In this document: piece after piece, positions 24,701 through 39,700 of the stretch
How the letters are laid out: every line of letters begins with the position of its first letter
How positions within the stretch are numbered: the first letter of the stretch is position 1
NCBI GenBank assembly: GCA_964187785.1
Contig: OZ076412.1
Span: 14,694,001 to 14,758,000 of the forward strand
DNA: 64,000 nt
Source: Amphiscolops sp. MND2022
Taxonomy: Eukaryota
Direction: 5' to 3'
Translations under genes and position numbers: made by a program
The notes under the pieces: model-generated
The model's database searches: none
The model's input: the letters and a program-made list of their open reading frames with translations, nothing else
What the model was told of the DNA's origin: nothing

Positions 24701-27700
24701 GCTAACTACGACAATCGTTGCGCTGGGACCTTTCTCAATTCACATTAAAATACAAATTATCTACATTTTCCAAGTTTAAAATCGCGAAAGAATTATTTGA
24801 TACACTCTTGGATAGGTCAATGATTATAATGCACATAGTCGACTTCGTACTCCTCGTTGTTCTTCATTAACTCCTCCAAACTACTGAAATGGTTATGGAA
24901 AGTGCCTAATAAAATGCTTTTGACAATTTTTCTTGCCTGGAAGATGTTCGCTGCATAGCGCTGCAAAGACCCTTGTGTTGTTCAAGTTGTGAACAAACTC
25001 CGATATTGCGGCAGCAGTTTCCGTTGGAAGAATCGGTTCGTGATATGGATTTGTTGGATAAGGCGATCGTCGTTTCCACTAACGCAGATGACAGCGGTAT
25101 TGAAATTTGCAACGTGCCGTGCGTACCACCACAGATCTTGGGACTTTAACCAAGAAATTTTGAATTCATCTCGTCTTTTCTCCACGAACGTATATGTCCG
25201 GGAATCGATGGCCCGCATCGCATCATTCGCACGTCATGACTATAATCTATTGTGCTAAACCAACTTAATAGGAATCGTCCAATGAAATGAAATGCGAATT
25301 AGAGAAACTAAAACAAACTTACTTTCCAGCACACTTCAAACGTGCAATAGCTAACGACTATCATGCTTCTTTCAATTTCATTTGTTGAATGATTTGGATG
25401 CTATTGAAAAATCCACTTGAAAAAAAGTTCAATGTAGTGTGAAAAACGTACCACTCGAGGGTAAGACCCTTTAGAAATTCTAGTACAATTCTTGGAGTAA
25501 TAGTACAATTTTCAAATACTGTTAACAAGAGCTGAATTGCGAGTATTGATTAATTGAGATTGAAATGAGTTTGTAAGAAGGAGCACGTCAAACGTGCCCA
25601 GTTGATTCCTCTTCATTTCACTTGGTACCATATCCTGCAGCGCGTTGTAGATATCACAATATAAGTTGCAAGAAAAGGAAACTTCACAAACGGCCGGACC
25701 CTTGAATACAATTCGGGTTAGTACGCTATAGCTTCATGCAAAAGTTTCCCCTAGTACACATTCTCAGTCTTTGTATTACTTGAAAAAACAGTGAGGGAAA
25801 ATCTAAAATAAAGGAATTGAAGAAACTTGAGCTAACTACGACAATCGTTGCGCCGGGACCTTTCCCAATTCACATTAAAATACAAATTATCTACAGTTTC
25901 CAAGTTTAAAATCGTGAAAGAATTGTTTGATACTCTTGGATAGGTCAATGATTATGATGCACATAGTCGACTTCGTACTCCTCGTTGTTCTTTATTAACT
26001 CCTCCAAACTACTGAAATGGTTATTGAAAGTGCCTAATAAAATGCTTTTGACCATTTTTCTTGACTCGGAGATGTTCGCTGGATGGCGCTGCAAAGACCC
26101 TTGTGTTGTTCAAGATGTGAACAAACGCTGATATTGCGGCAGCTGTTCCAATTGAACCTCGAACTTCATAAAAGCACACTTCAAACGTGCAATAACTAAC
26201 GACTATCGTGCTTCTTTCAATTTCATTTGTTGAATGATTTGAATGCTGTTAGAAAATCCACTTGAAAAGGTAGTTCAATGTAGCGTGAAAAACGTACCAC
26301 TCGAGGAAAAGACCCTTTAGAAGTTTTAGTACAATTCTTGGAGTAATAGTACAATTTTCAGGTACTGTTGACAAGAGCTGAATTCCGAGTATTGATCAAT
26401 TGAGACTGAAATGAATTTGTGAGAATGAGCACGTCAAACGTGCCCAGTTGATTCCCGATTCATTTCACTTGCTACCATATTCTGCAGCGCTTTGTAGATT
26501 TTACGATGTAAGTTGCGAGAAAAGGAAACTTGCCAAACGGCAGTACCCATGAATACAATTTAGGTTAGTACACTATAGTCTCGTGCAAAAGTTTCTCCCT
26601 AGTGCAAGTTCTTAGTTTTTGTTTTACTTGGAACAGTGAGGGAAATTCTAATATAAAGGAATTGAAGAAACTTGAGCTAACTACGACAATCGTTGCGCAG
26701 GGAGGGACCTTTCTCAATTCACATTAAATTACAAATTATATACAGTTTCCAAGTTTAAAATCGTGAAAGAGTTGTTTGATACACCCTTGGATAGGTCAAT
26801 GATTATAATGCACATCGTCGACTTCGTACTCCTCGTTGTTCTTCAATAACTTCTCCAAACAACTGAAATGGTTATTGAAAGTGCCTAATAAAATGCTTTT
26901 GACATTTTTTTCTTGATTCGAAGATGTTCGTTGGATGGTGCTGCAAAGATCCTCGTGTTGTTCAAGATGTGAACAAACGCCGATATTGCGGCAGCTGTTT
27001 CAATTGAACCTCGAACTTCATAAAAGCACACTTCAAACGTGCAATAACTAACGACTATCATGCTTCTTTCAATTTCATTTGTTGAATGATTTGGATGCTG
27101 TTAGAAAATCCACTTGAAAAGGTAGTTCAATGTAGCGTGAAAAACTTAATACTCGAGGAAAAGACCCTTTAGAAGTTTTAGTACAATTTTCGGAGTAATA
27201 GTACAATTTTCAGGTACTGTTGACAAGAGCTGAATTCCGAGTATTGATCAATTGAGACTGAAATGAATTTGTGAGAAAGAGCACGTCAAACGTGCCCAGT
27301 TGATTCCCGATTCATTTCACTTGCTACCATATCCTGCAGCGCTTTGTAGATTTTACGATGTAAGTTGTGAGAAAAGGAAACTTGCCAATTGGCAGGACCC
27401 ATGAATACAATTCGGGTTAGTACACTATAGCCTCATGCAAAAGTTTCTCCCTAGTACACATTCTCAGTTTTTGTATTACTTGAAAAAACAGTGAGGGAAA
27501 ATCTAATACACAGGGTTTGAAGAAACTTGAGCTAACTACGACAATCGTTGCGCAGGGACTTTTCTCAATTCACAATAAAATACAAATTATCTACAGTTTC
27601 CAAGTTTAAAATCGTGAAAGAATTGTTTGATACACTCTTGGATAGGTCAATGATTATGATGCACATCGTCGACTTCGTACTCTTCGTTGTTCTTTAATAA

Positions 27701-30700
27701 CTCTTCCAAACTACTGAAATGGTTATTGAAAGTTCCTAATAAAATGCTTTCGACAATTTTTCTTGACTCGAAGATGTTCGCTGGATGGCGCTGCAAAGAC
27801 CCTTGTGTTGTTGAAGTTGTGAACAAACTCCGATATTGCGGCAGCTGTTTCCGTTGGAAGAATCGGTTCGTGATATGGATTTGTTGGATAAGGCGATCGT
27901 CGTTTCCACTAACGCAGATGACAGCGGTATTGAAATCGGCAGCGTGCGCTGCGTACCACCACAAATCTTGGGCCTTCAACCAAGAAACTTTTCATCTCGT
28001 CATTTCTCCACGACCGTAGATGTCCGAGAATCGATGGCCCGCATCGCATCATTCGCACGTCATGACTAGAACCTCTTATTGTGCTAAACCAAGTTAATAG
28101 ATGGATTCGACCACTGAAATGAAATGCGAATTAGAGAAACTTTCGCCTAAGGTTGTTTACCACAATTTTGATCGTTAACAAAATAACATGATTACCTTAC
28201 GTCTTACCCCACTGTTGGTTGGCTTTTTCGATCACACAATAATCTGTAAAAAATTCCTTCGACCATCCTGTCAGTATGTAGATTTCAGTTGAAAAGAACG
28301 ATACGTCAAACGGTCACAGTTCATTGATTTTAATATTGTAGGTGATTCGAATTTTATAGAGAGAGTAATGGAAACATTACAAGAACCCTGCTCTACTACT
28401 TGGAATCAAAACAGACCAGGCATGATGCCCAAATTGAACAGGAGAACGTCACGATGATACCTTAGTTGTGAAAGTCTGTTGATTTCCGTTAATCAACATA
28501 TTTGATGTAAAATTGCAGCTAACTTCACATTCAACTTTGAAACTAAAAAAATTCTCTTCAAGTGACACTCCATGGTGACATCCTCGAAGCGTAACCTAAT
28601 GTAAGCGTAGTCCTAATGTAAACATTCAAAGAAATTATTCTGCTTTTAATTGAACCTGGAACTTCATAAAAGCACACTTCAAACGTGCAATAGCTAACGA
28701 CTATCATGCTTCTTTCAATTTCATTTGTTGAATGATTTGGATCCTAATGTAAACATTCAAAGAAATTATTCTGCTTTTAATTGAACCTCGAACTTCATAA
28801 AAGCACACTTCAAACGTGCAATAGCTAACGACTATCATGCTTCTTTCAATTTCATTTGTTGAATGATTTGGATGCTATTAGAAAACCCACTTGAAAAGGT
28901 AGTTCAATGTAGCGTGAAAAAGTTACTACTCGAGGAAAAGACCCTTTAGAAGTTTTAGTACAATTTTTGAGTAATTGTACAATTTTCAGGTACTGTTGAC
29001 AAGAGCTGAATTGCGAGTATTCATCAATTGAGACTGAAATGAATTTGTGAGAAGGAGCACGTCGAACGTGCCCAGTTGATTCCCGATTGATTTCACTTGC
29101 TACCATATCCTGCAGCGCTTTGTAGATTTTACAATGTAAGTTGCGAGAAAATGAAACTTGCCAATCGGCAGGACCCATGAATACAATTCGGGTTAGTACA
29201 CTATAGCCTCATGCAAATGTTTCTCCCTAGTACACATTCTCAGTTTTTGTATTACTTGAAAAAACAGTGAGGGAAAATCTTATATACAGGATTTGAAGAA
29301 ACTTGAGCTAACTACGACAATCGTTGCGCAGGGACCTTTCTCAATTCACATTAAAATACAAATTATCTACAGTTTCCAAGTTTAAAATCGTGAAAGAATT
29401 GTTTGATACACTCTTGGATAGGTCAATTATTATGATGCACATCGTCGACTTCGTACTCCTCGTTTTTCTTTAATAACTCCTCCAAACGATTGAAATGGTT
29501 ATTGAAAGTGCCTAATAAAATGCTTTTGACAATTTTTCTTGATTCGAAGATGTTCGCTGGATGGCGCTGCAAAGACCCTTGTTGTTCAAGTTGTGAACCA
29601 ACTCCGATATTGCGGCAGCTGTTTCCGCTGGAAGAATTGGTTCGTGATATGGATTTGTTGGATAAGGCGATCGTCGTTTCCACCAACGCAGATGACAGCA
29701 GTATTGGAATCGGCAACGTGCGCTGCGTACCATCACAGATCTTGGGACTTTAACAAAGAAATTTTTGAAGAAATCATCTCGTCTTTTCTCCTCGAACGTA
29801 TATGTCCGGGAATCGATGGCCCGCATCGCATCATTCGCACGTCATGACTATATCCTCTTATTGTGCTAAACCAAATTAATAGATGGAATCGTCCGATGAA
29901 ATTAAATGCGAATTAGAGAAACTGGAACAAACTTACTTTCCACCACACTTCAAACGTGCAATAGCTAACGACTATCATGCTTCTTCCAATTTCATTTGTT
30001 GAATGATTTGGATGCTATTGAAAAATCCACTTGAAAATATAGTTCAATGTAGCGTGAAAAACGTACTGTTCGAGGAAAAGACCCTTTAGAAATTTTAGTA
30101 CAATTCTTGGAGTAATAGTACAATTTTAAAGTACTGTTGACAAGAGCTGAATTGCGAGTCATGAATAATTGAGAGCGGAATGAAATTGTGAGAAGGAGCA
30201 CGTCAAACTTGCCCAGTTATTCTTCTTTCATTTCACTTGCTACCATATCCTGCAGCGCATTGTAGATATTACAATGTAAGTTGCAAGAAAAGGAAACTTG
30301 TCAAACGGCAGGACCCATGAATACAATTCGGGTTAGTACACTATAGCCTCATGCAAAAGTTTCTCCTTAGTACACATTCTCAGTTTTTGTATTACTCGAA
30401 ACAACAGTGAGGGAAAATCTAAAATAAAGGATTTGAAGAAACTTGAGCTAACTGCGACAATCGTTGCGCAGGAACCTTTCTCAATTCACATTAAAATACA
30501 AATTATCTAGTTTCCAAGTTTAAAATCGTGAAAGAATTGCTTGATACACTCTTGGATAGGTCAATGATTATAATGCACATCGTCGACTTCGTACTCCTCG
30601 TTGTTCTTTGATAACTCCCCCAAACTACTGAAATGGTTATTGAAAGTGCCTAATAAAATGCTTTTGACAATTTTTTTTGATTCGAAGATGTTCGCTGGAT

Positions 30701-33700
30701 GGCGTTGCAAAGACACTTGTGTTGTTCAAGTTGTGAACCAACTCTGATATTGCGGCAGTTGTTTCCGCTGGAAGAATCGGTTCGTGGTATGGATTTGTTG
30801 GATAAGGCGATCGTCGTTTCCACCAACGCAGATGACAGCAGTATTGGAATCGGCAACGTGCGCTGCGTACCACCACAGATCTTGGGATTTTAACAAAGAA
30901 ATTTTTGAAGAAATCATCCCGTCTCTTCTCCTCGAACGTATATGTCCGGGAATCGATGGCCCGCATCGCATCATTCGCACGTCATGACTATAACCTCTTA
31001 TTGTACTAAACCAAATTAGTAGATGGAATCGTCCGATGAAATTAAATGCGAATTAGAGAAACTGGAACAAACTTACTTTCCACCACACTTCAAACGTGCA
31101 ATAGCTAACGACTATCATGCTTCTTTCAATTTCAATTGTTGAATGATTTGGATGCTATTAGAAAACCCACTTGAAAAGGTAGTTCAATGTAGCGTGAAAA
31201 AGTTACTACTCGAGGAAAAGACCCTTTAGAAGTTTTAGTACAATTTTTGAGTAATTGTACAATTTTCAGGTACTGTTGACAAGAGCTGAATTGCGAGTAT
31301 TCATCAATTGAGACTGAAATGAATTTGTGAGAAGGAGCACGTCAAACGTGCCCAGTTGATTCCCGATTGATTTCACTTGCTACCATATCCTGCAGCGCTT
31401 TGTAGATTTTACAATGTAAGTTGCGAGAAAATGAAACTTGCCAATCGGCAGGACGCATGAATACAATTCGGGTTAGTACACTATAGCCTCATGCAAATGT
31501 TTCTCCCTAGTACACATTCTCAGTTTTTGTATTACTTGAAAAAACAGTGAGGGAAAATCTAATATACAGGATTTGAAGAAACTTGAGCTATCTACGACAA
31601 TCGTTGCGCAGGGACCTTTCTCAATTCACATTAAAATACAAATTATCTACAGTTTCCAAGTTAAAAATCGTGAAAGAATTGTTTGATACACTCTTGGATA
31701 GGTCAATGATTATGATGCACATCGTCGACTTCGTACTCGTTGTTCTTTGATAACTCCCCCAAACTACTGAAATGGTTATTGAAAGTGCCTAATAAAATGC
31801 TTTTGACAATTTTTTTTGATTCGAGGATGTTCGCTGGATGGCGTTGCAAAGACACTTGTGTTGTTCAAGTTGTGAACCAACTCTGATATTGCGGCAGTTG
31901 TTTCCGCTGGAAGAATCGGTTCGTGATATGGATTTGTTGGATAAGGCGATCGTCGTTTCCACTAACACAGATGACAGCAGTATTGGAATCGGCAACGTGC
32001 GCTGCGTACCACCACAGATCTTGGGACTTTAACAAAGAAATTTTTGAAGAAATCATCTCGTCTTTTCTTTTCGAACGTATATGTCCGGGAATCGATGGCC
32101 CGCATCGCATCAATCGCACGTCATGACTATAACCTCTTATTGTACTAAACCAAATTAGTAGATGGAATCGTCCGATGAAATTAAATGCGAATTAGAGAAA
32201 CTGGAACAAACTTACTTTCCACCACACTTCAAACGTGCAATAGCTAACGACTATCATGCTTCTTTCAATTTCAATTGTTGAATGATTTGGATGCTATTAG
32301 AAAACCCACTTGAAAAGGTAGTTCAATGTAGCGTGAAAAAGTTACTACTCGAGGAAAAGACTCTTTAGAAGTTTTAGTACAATTTTTGAGTAATTGTACA
32401 ATTTTCAGGTACTGTTGACAAGAGCTGAATTGCGAGTATTCATCAATTGAGACTGAAATGAATTTGTGAGAAGGAGCACGTCAAACGTCCCCAGTTGATT
32501 CCCGATTGATTTCACTTGCTACCATATCCTGCAGCGCTTTGTAGATTTTACAATGTAAGTTGCGAGAAAATGAAACTTGCCAATCGGCAGGACGCATGAA
32601 TACAATTCGGGTTAGTACACTATAGCCTCATGCAAATGTTTCTCCCTAGTACACATTCTCAATTTTTGTATTACTTGAAAAAACAGTGAGGGAAAATCTA
32701 ATATACAGGATTTGAAGAGACTTGAGCTATCTACGACAATCGTTGCGCAGGGACCTTTCTCAATTCACATTAAAATACAAATTATCTACAGTTTCCAAGT
32801 TAAAAATCGTGAAAGAATTGTTTGATACACTCTTGGATAGGTCAATGATTATGATGCACATCGTCGACTTCGTACTCCTCGTTGTTCTTTAATAACTCCT
32901 CCAAACGATTGAAATGGTTATTGAAAGTGCCTAATAAAATGCTTTTGACAATTTTTCTTGACTCGAAGATGTTCGCTGGATGGCGCTGCAAAGACCCTTG
33001 TGTTGTTCAAGTTGTGAACCAACTCCGATATTGCGGCAGCTGTTTCCGCTGGAAGAATTGGTTCGTGATATGGATTTGTTGGATAAGGCGATCGTCGTTT
33101 CCACTAACGCAGATGACAGCGGTATTGAAATCTGCAACGTGCGGTGCGTACCACCACAGATCTTGGGACTTTAACCAAGAAATTTTGAATTCATCTCGTC
33201 TTTTCTCCACGAACGTATATGTCCGGGATTCGATGGCCCGCATCGCATCATTCGCCCGTCATGACTATAATATATTGTGCTAAACCAACTTAATAGGAAT
33301 CGTCCAATGAAATGAAATGCGAATTAGAGAAACTAAAACAAACTTACTTTCCATCACACTTCAAACGTGCAATAACTAACGACTATCATGCTTCTTTCAA
33401 TTTCAATTGTTGAATGATTTGGATGCTACTAGAAAACCCACTTGAAAAGGTAGTTCAATGTAGCGTGAAAAAGGTACTACTCGAGGAAAAGACCCTTTAG
33501 AAGTTTTAGTACAATTTTTGAGTAATTGTACAATTTTCAGGTACTGTTGACAAGAGCTGAATTGCGAGTATTCATCAATTGAGACTGAAATGAATTTGTG
33601 AGAAGGAGCACGTCAAACGTGCCCAGTTGATTCCCGATTGATTTCACTTGCTACCATATCCTGCAGCGCTTTGTAGATTTCACAATGTAAGTTGCGAGAA

Positions 33701-36700
33701 AATGAAACTTGCCAATCGGCAGGACGCATGAATACAATTCGGGTTAGTACACTATAGCCTCATGCAAATGTTTCTCCCTAGTACACATTCTCAGTTTTTG
33801 TATTACTTGAAAAAACAGTGAGGGAAAATCTAATATACAGGATTTGAAGAAACTTGAGCTATCTACGACAATCGTTGCGCAGGGACCTTTCTCAATTCAC
33901 ATTAAAATACAAATTATCTACAGTTTCCAAGTTAAAAATCGTGAAAAAATTGTTTGATACACTCTTGGATAGGTCAATGATTATGATGCACATCGTCGAC
34001 TTCGTACTCCTCGTTGTTCTTTAATAACTCCTCCAAACGATTGAAATGGTTATTGAAAGTGCCTAATAAAATGCTTTTGACAATTTTTCTTGACTCGAAG
34101 ATGTTCGCTGGATGGCGCTGCAAAGACCCTTGTGTTGTTCAAGTTGTGAACCAACTCCGATATTGCGGCAGCTGTTTCCGCTGGAAGAATTGGTTCGTGA
34201 TATGGATTTGTTGGATAAGGCGATCGTCGTTTCCACCAACGCAGATGACAGCAGTATTGGAATCGGCAACGTGCGCTGCGTACCACCACAGATCTTGGGA
34301 CTTTAACCAAGAAATTTTGAATTCATCTCGTCTTTTCTCCACGAACGTATATGTCCGGGATTCGATGGCCCGCATCGCATCATTCGCACGTCATGACTAT
34401 AACCTCTTATTGTGCTAAACCAAATTAATAGATGGAATCGTCCGATGAAATTAAATGCGATTTAGAGAAACTGGAACAAACTTACTTTCCACCACACTTC
34501 AAACGTGCAATAGCTAACGACTATCATGCTTCTTCCAATTTCATTTGTTGAATGATTTGGATGCTATTGAAAAATCCACTTGAAAATATAGTTCAATGTA
34601 GCGTGAAAAACGTACTGTTCGAGGAAAAGACCCTTTAGAAATTTTAGTACAATTCTTGGAGTAATAGTACAATTTTAAAGTACTGTTGACAAGAGCTGAA
34701 TTGCGAGTCATGAATAATTAAGAGTGGAATGAAATTGTGAGAAGGAGCACGTCAAACTTGCCCAGTTATTCTTCTTTCATTTCACTTGCTACCATATCCT
34801 GCAGCGCATTGTAGATATTACAATGTAAGTTGCAAGAAAAGGAAACTTGCCAAACGGCAGGACCCATGAATACAATTCGGGTTAGTACACTATAGCCTCA
34901 TGCAAAAGTTTCTCCTTAGTACACATTCTCAGTTTTTGTATTACTCGAAACAACAGTGAGGGAAAATCTAAAATAAAGGATTTGAAGAAACTTGAGCTAA
35001 CTGCGACAATCGTTGCGCAGGAACCTTTCTCAATTCACAATAAAATACAAATTATCTAGTTTCCAAGTTTAAAATCGTGAAAGAATTGTTTGATACACTC
35101 TTGGATAGGTCAATGATTATGATGCACATCGTCGACTTCGTACTCCTCGTTGTTCTTTAATAACTCCTCCAAACGATTGAAATGGTTATTGAAAGTGCCT
35201 AATAAAATGCTTTTGACAATTTTTCTTGACTCGAAGATGTTCGCTGGATGGCGCTGCAAAGACCCTTGTGTTGTTCAAGTTGTGAACCAACTCCGATATT
35301 GCGGCAGCTGTTTCCGCTGGAAGAATTGGTTCGTGATATGGATTTGTTGGATAAGGCGATCGTCGTTTCCACCAACATAGATGACAGCAGTATTGGAATC
35401 GGCAACGTGCGCTGCGTACCACCACAGATCTTGGGACTTTAACAAAGAAATTTTTGAAGAAATCATCTCGTCTTTTCTCCTCGAACGTATATGTCCGGGA
35501 ATCGATGGCCCGCATCGCATCATTCGCACGTCATGACTATAACCTCTTATTGTGCTAAACCAAATTAATAGATGGAATCGTCCGATGAAATTAAATGCGA
35601 ATTAGAGAAACTGGAACAAACTTACTTTCCACCACACTTCAAATGTGCAATAGCTAATGACTATCATGCTTCTTCCAATTTCATTTGTTGAATGATTTGG
35701 ATGCTATTGAAAAATCCACTTGAAAATATAGTTCAATGTAGCGTGAAAAACGTACTGTTCGAGGAAAAGACCCTTTAGAAATTTTAGTACAATTCTTGGA
35801 GTAATAGTACAATTTTAAAGTACTGTTGACAAGAGCTGAATTGCGAGTCATGAATAATTGAGAGCGGAATGAAATTGTGAGAAGGAGCACGTCAAACGTG
35901 CCCAGTTATTCTTCTTTCATTTCACTTGCTACCATATCCTGCAGCGCATTGTAGATATTACAATGTAAGTTGCAAGAAAAGGAAACTTGCCAAACGGCAG
36001 GACCCATGAATACATTTCGGGTTAGTACACTATAGCCTCATGCAAAAGTTTCTCCTTAGTACACATTCTCAGTTTTTGTATTATTCGAAACAACAGTGAG
36101 GGAAAATCTAAAATAAAGGATTTGAAGAAACTTGAGCTAACTGCGACAATCGTTGCGCAGGAACCTTTCTCAATTCACATTAAAATACAAATTATCTAGT
36201 TTCCAAGTTTAAAATCGTGAAAGAATTGCTTGATACACTCTTGGATAGGTCAATGATTATAATGCACATCGTCGACTTCGTACTCGTTGTTCTTTGATAA
36301 CTCCCCCAAACTACTGAAATGGTTATTGAAAGTGCCTAATAAAATGCTTTTGACAATTTTTTTTTGATTCGAGGATGTTCGCTGGATGGCGTTGCAAAAA
36401 CACTTGTGTTGTTCAAGTTGTGAACCAACTCTGATATTGCGGCAGTTGTTTCCGCTGGAAGAATCGGTTCGTGATATGGATTTGTTGGATAAGGCGATCG
36501 TCGTTTCCACCAACACAGATGACAGCAGTATTGGAATCGGCAACGTGCGCTGCGTACCACCACAGATCTTGGGACTTTAACAAAGAAATTTTTGAAGAAA
36601 TCATCTCGTCTTTTCTCCTCGAACGTATATGTCCGGGAATCGATGGCCCGCATCGCATCATTCGCACGTCATGACTATAACCTCTTATTGTACTAAACCA

Positions 36701-39700
36701 AATTAATAGATGGAATCGTCCGATGAAATTAAATGCGAATTAGAGAAACTGGAACAAACTTACTTTCCACCACACTTCAAACGTGCAATAGCTAACGACT
36801 ATCATGCTTCTTTCAATTTCATTTGTTGAATGATTTGGATGTTATTGAAAAATCCATTTGGAAAAAGTTCAATGTAGCGTGAAAAACGTACCACTCGAGG
36901 AAAAGACCCTTTAGAATTTCTAGTACAATTCTTGGAGTAATAGTACAATTTTCAAGTACTGTTGACAAGAGCTGAATTGCGAGTATTGATCAATTGAGAG
37001 TGAAATGAATTTGTAAGAAGGAGCACGTCAAACGTGCTCAGTTGATTCCTCTTCATTTCACTTGGTACCATATCCTGCAGCGTGTTGTAGATATTACAAT
37101 ATAAGTTGCAAGAAAAGGAAACTTCCCTAACGGCCGGACCCATGAATACAATTCGGGTTAGTACACTATAGCTTCATGCAAAAGTTTCTCCCTAGTACAC
37201 ATTCTCAGTCTTTGTATTACTTGAAAAAACAGTGAGGGAAAATCTAAAATAAAGGATTTAAAGAAACTTGAGCTAACTACGACAATCGTTGCGCAGGGAC
37301 CTTTCTCAATTCACATTAATATACAAATTATCTACATTCTCCAAGTTTAAAATCGTGAAAGAATTAATTGATACACTCTTGGATAGGTCAATGATTATAA
37401 TGCACGTAGTCGACTTCGTCCTCCTCGTTGTTCTTCATTAACTCCTCCAAACTACTGAAATGGTTATTGAAAGTGCCTAATAAACTGCTTTTGACAATTT
37501 TTCTTGACTCGAAGATGTTCGCTGGATGGCGCTGCAAAGACCCTTGTGTTGTTCAAGTTGTAAACAAACTCCGATGTTGCGGCAGCTGTTTCCGTTGGAA
37601 GAATCGGTTCGTGATATGGATTTGTTGGATAAGGCGATCGTCGTTTTCACTAACGCAGATGACAGCGGTATTGAAATCTGCAACGTGCGGTGCGTACCAC
37701 CACAGATCTTGGGACTTTAACCAAGAAATTTTGAATTCATCTCGTCTTTTCTCCACGAACGTATATGTCCGGGAATCGATGGCCCGCATCGCATCATTCG
37801 CACGTCATGACTATAATCTATTGTGCTAAACCAACTTAATAGGAATCGTCCAATGAAATGAAATGCGAATTAGAGAAACTAAAACAAACTTACTTTCCAG
37901 CACACTTCAAACGTGCAATAGCTAACGACTATCATGCTTCTTTCAATTTCATTTGTTGAATGATTTGGATGCTATTGAAAAATCCACTTGAAAATATAGT
38001 TCAATGTAGCATGAAAAACGTACTGTTCGAGGAAAAGACCCTTTAGAAATTCTAGTACAATTCTTGGAGTAATAGTACAATTTTAAAGTACTGTTGACAA
38101 GAGCTGAATTGCGAGTCATGAATAATTGAGAGCGGAATGAATTTGTGAGAAGGAGCACGTCAAACTTGCCCAGTTATTCTCTTTCATTTCACTTGCTACC
38201 ATACCCTGCAGCGCATTGTAGATATTACAATGTAAGTTGCAAGAAAAGGAAACTTGCCAAACGGCAGGACCCATGAATACAATTCGGGTTAGTACACTAT
38301 AGCCTCATGCAAAAGTTTCTCCTTAGTACACATTCTCAGTTTTTGTATTACTCGAAACAACAGTGAGGGAAAATCTAAAATAACGGATTTGAAGAAACTT
38401 GAGCTAACTGCGACAATCGTTGCGCAGGAACCTTTCTCAATTCACATTAAAATACAAATTATCTAGTTTCCAAGTTTAAAATCGTGAAAGAATTGCTTGA
38501 TACACTCTTGGATAGGTCAATGATTATAATGCACATCGTCGACTTCGTACTCGTTGTTCTTCGATAACTCCCCCAAACTACTGAAATGGTTATTGAAAGT
38601 GCCTAATAAAATGCTTTTGACAATTTTTTTTGATTCGAGGATGTTCGCTGGATGGCGTTGCAAAGACACTTGTGTTGTTCAAGTTGTGAACAAACTCCGA
38701 TATTGCGGCAGCTGTTTCCGTTGGAAGAATCGGTTCGTGATATGGATTTGTTGGATAAGGCGATCGTCGTTTCCACCAACACAGATGACAGCAGTATTGG
38801 AATCGGCAACGTGCGCTGCGTACCACCACAGATCTTGGGACTTTAACAAAAAAATTTTGAAGAAATCATCTCGTCTTTTCTCCTCGAACGTATATGTCCG
38901 GGAATCGATGGCCCGCATCGCATCATTCGCACGTCATGACTATAACCTCTTATTGTACTAAACCAAATTAATAGATGGAATCGTCCGATGAAATTAAATG
39001 CGAATTAGAGAAACTGGAACAAACTTACTTTCCACCACACTTCAAACGTGCAATAGCTAACGACTATCATGCTTCTTTCAATTTCATTTGTTGAATGATT
39101 TGGATGTTATTGAAAAATCCATTTGAAAAAAGTTCAATGTAGCGTGAAAAACGTACCACTCGAGGAAAAGACCCTTTAGAAATTCTAGTACAATTCTTGG
39201 AGTAATAGTACAATTTTCAAGTACTGTTGACAAGAGCTGAATTGCGAGTATTGATCAATTGAGAGTGAAATGAATTTGTAAGAAGGAGCACGTCAAACGT
39301 GCTCAGTTGATTCCTCTTCATTTCACTTGGTACCATATCCTGCAGCGTGTTGTAGATATTACAATATAAGTTGCAAGAAAAGGAAACTTCCCTAACGGCC
39401 GGACCCATGAATACAATTCGGGTTAGTACACTATAGCTTCATGCAAAAGTTTCTCCCTAGTACACATTCTCAGTCTTTGTATTACTTGAAAAAATAGTGA
39501 GGGAAAATCTAAAATAAAGGATTTAAAGAAACTTGAGCTAACTACGACAATCGTTGCGCAGGGACCTTTCTCAATTCACATTAAAATACAAATTATCTAC
39601 ATTCTCCAAGTTTAAAATCGTGAAAGAATTAATTGATACACTCTTTGATAGGTCAATGATTATAATGCACGTAGTCGACTTCGTCCTCCTCGTTGTTCTT

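Noticed and set aside
26350-33550. TTTTCAG|GTACTG in some units as recursive splice sites for the giant intron
   Set aside because: Present in only one variant class (the others have TTTTCAAG), with a weak polypyrimidine tract and a weak donor; most likely a chance substitution.
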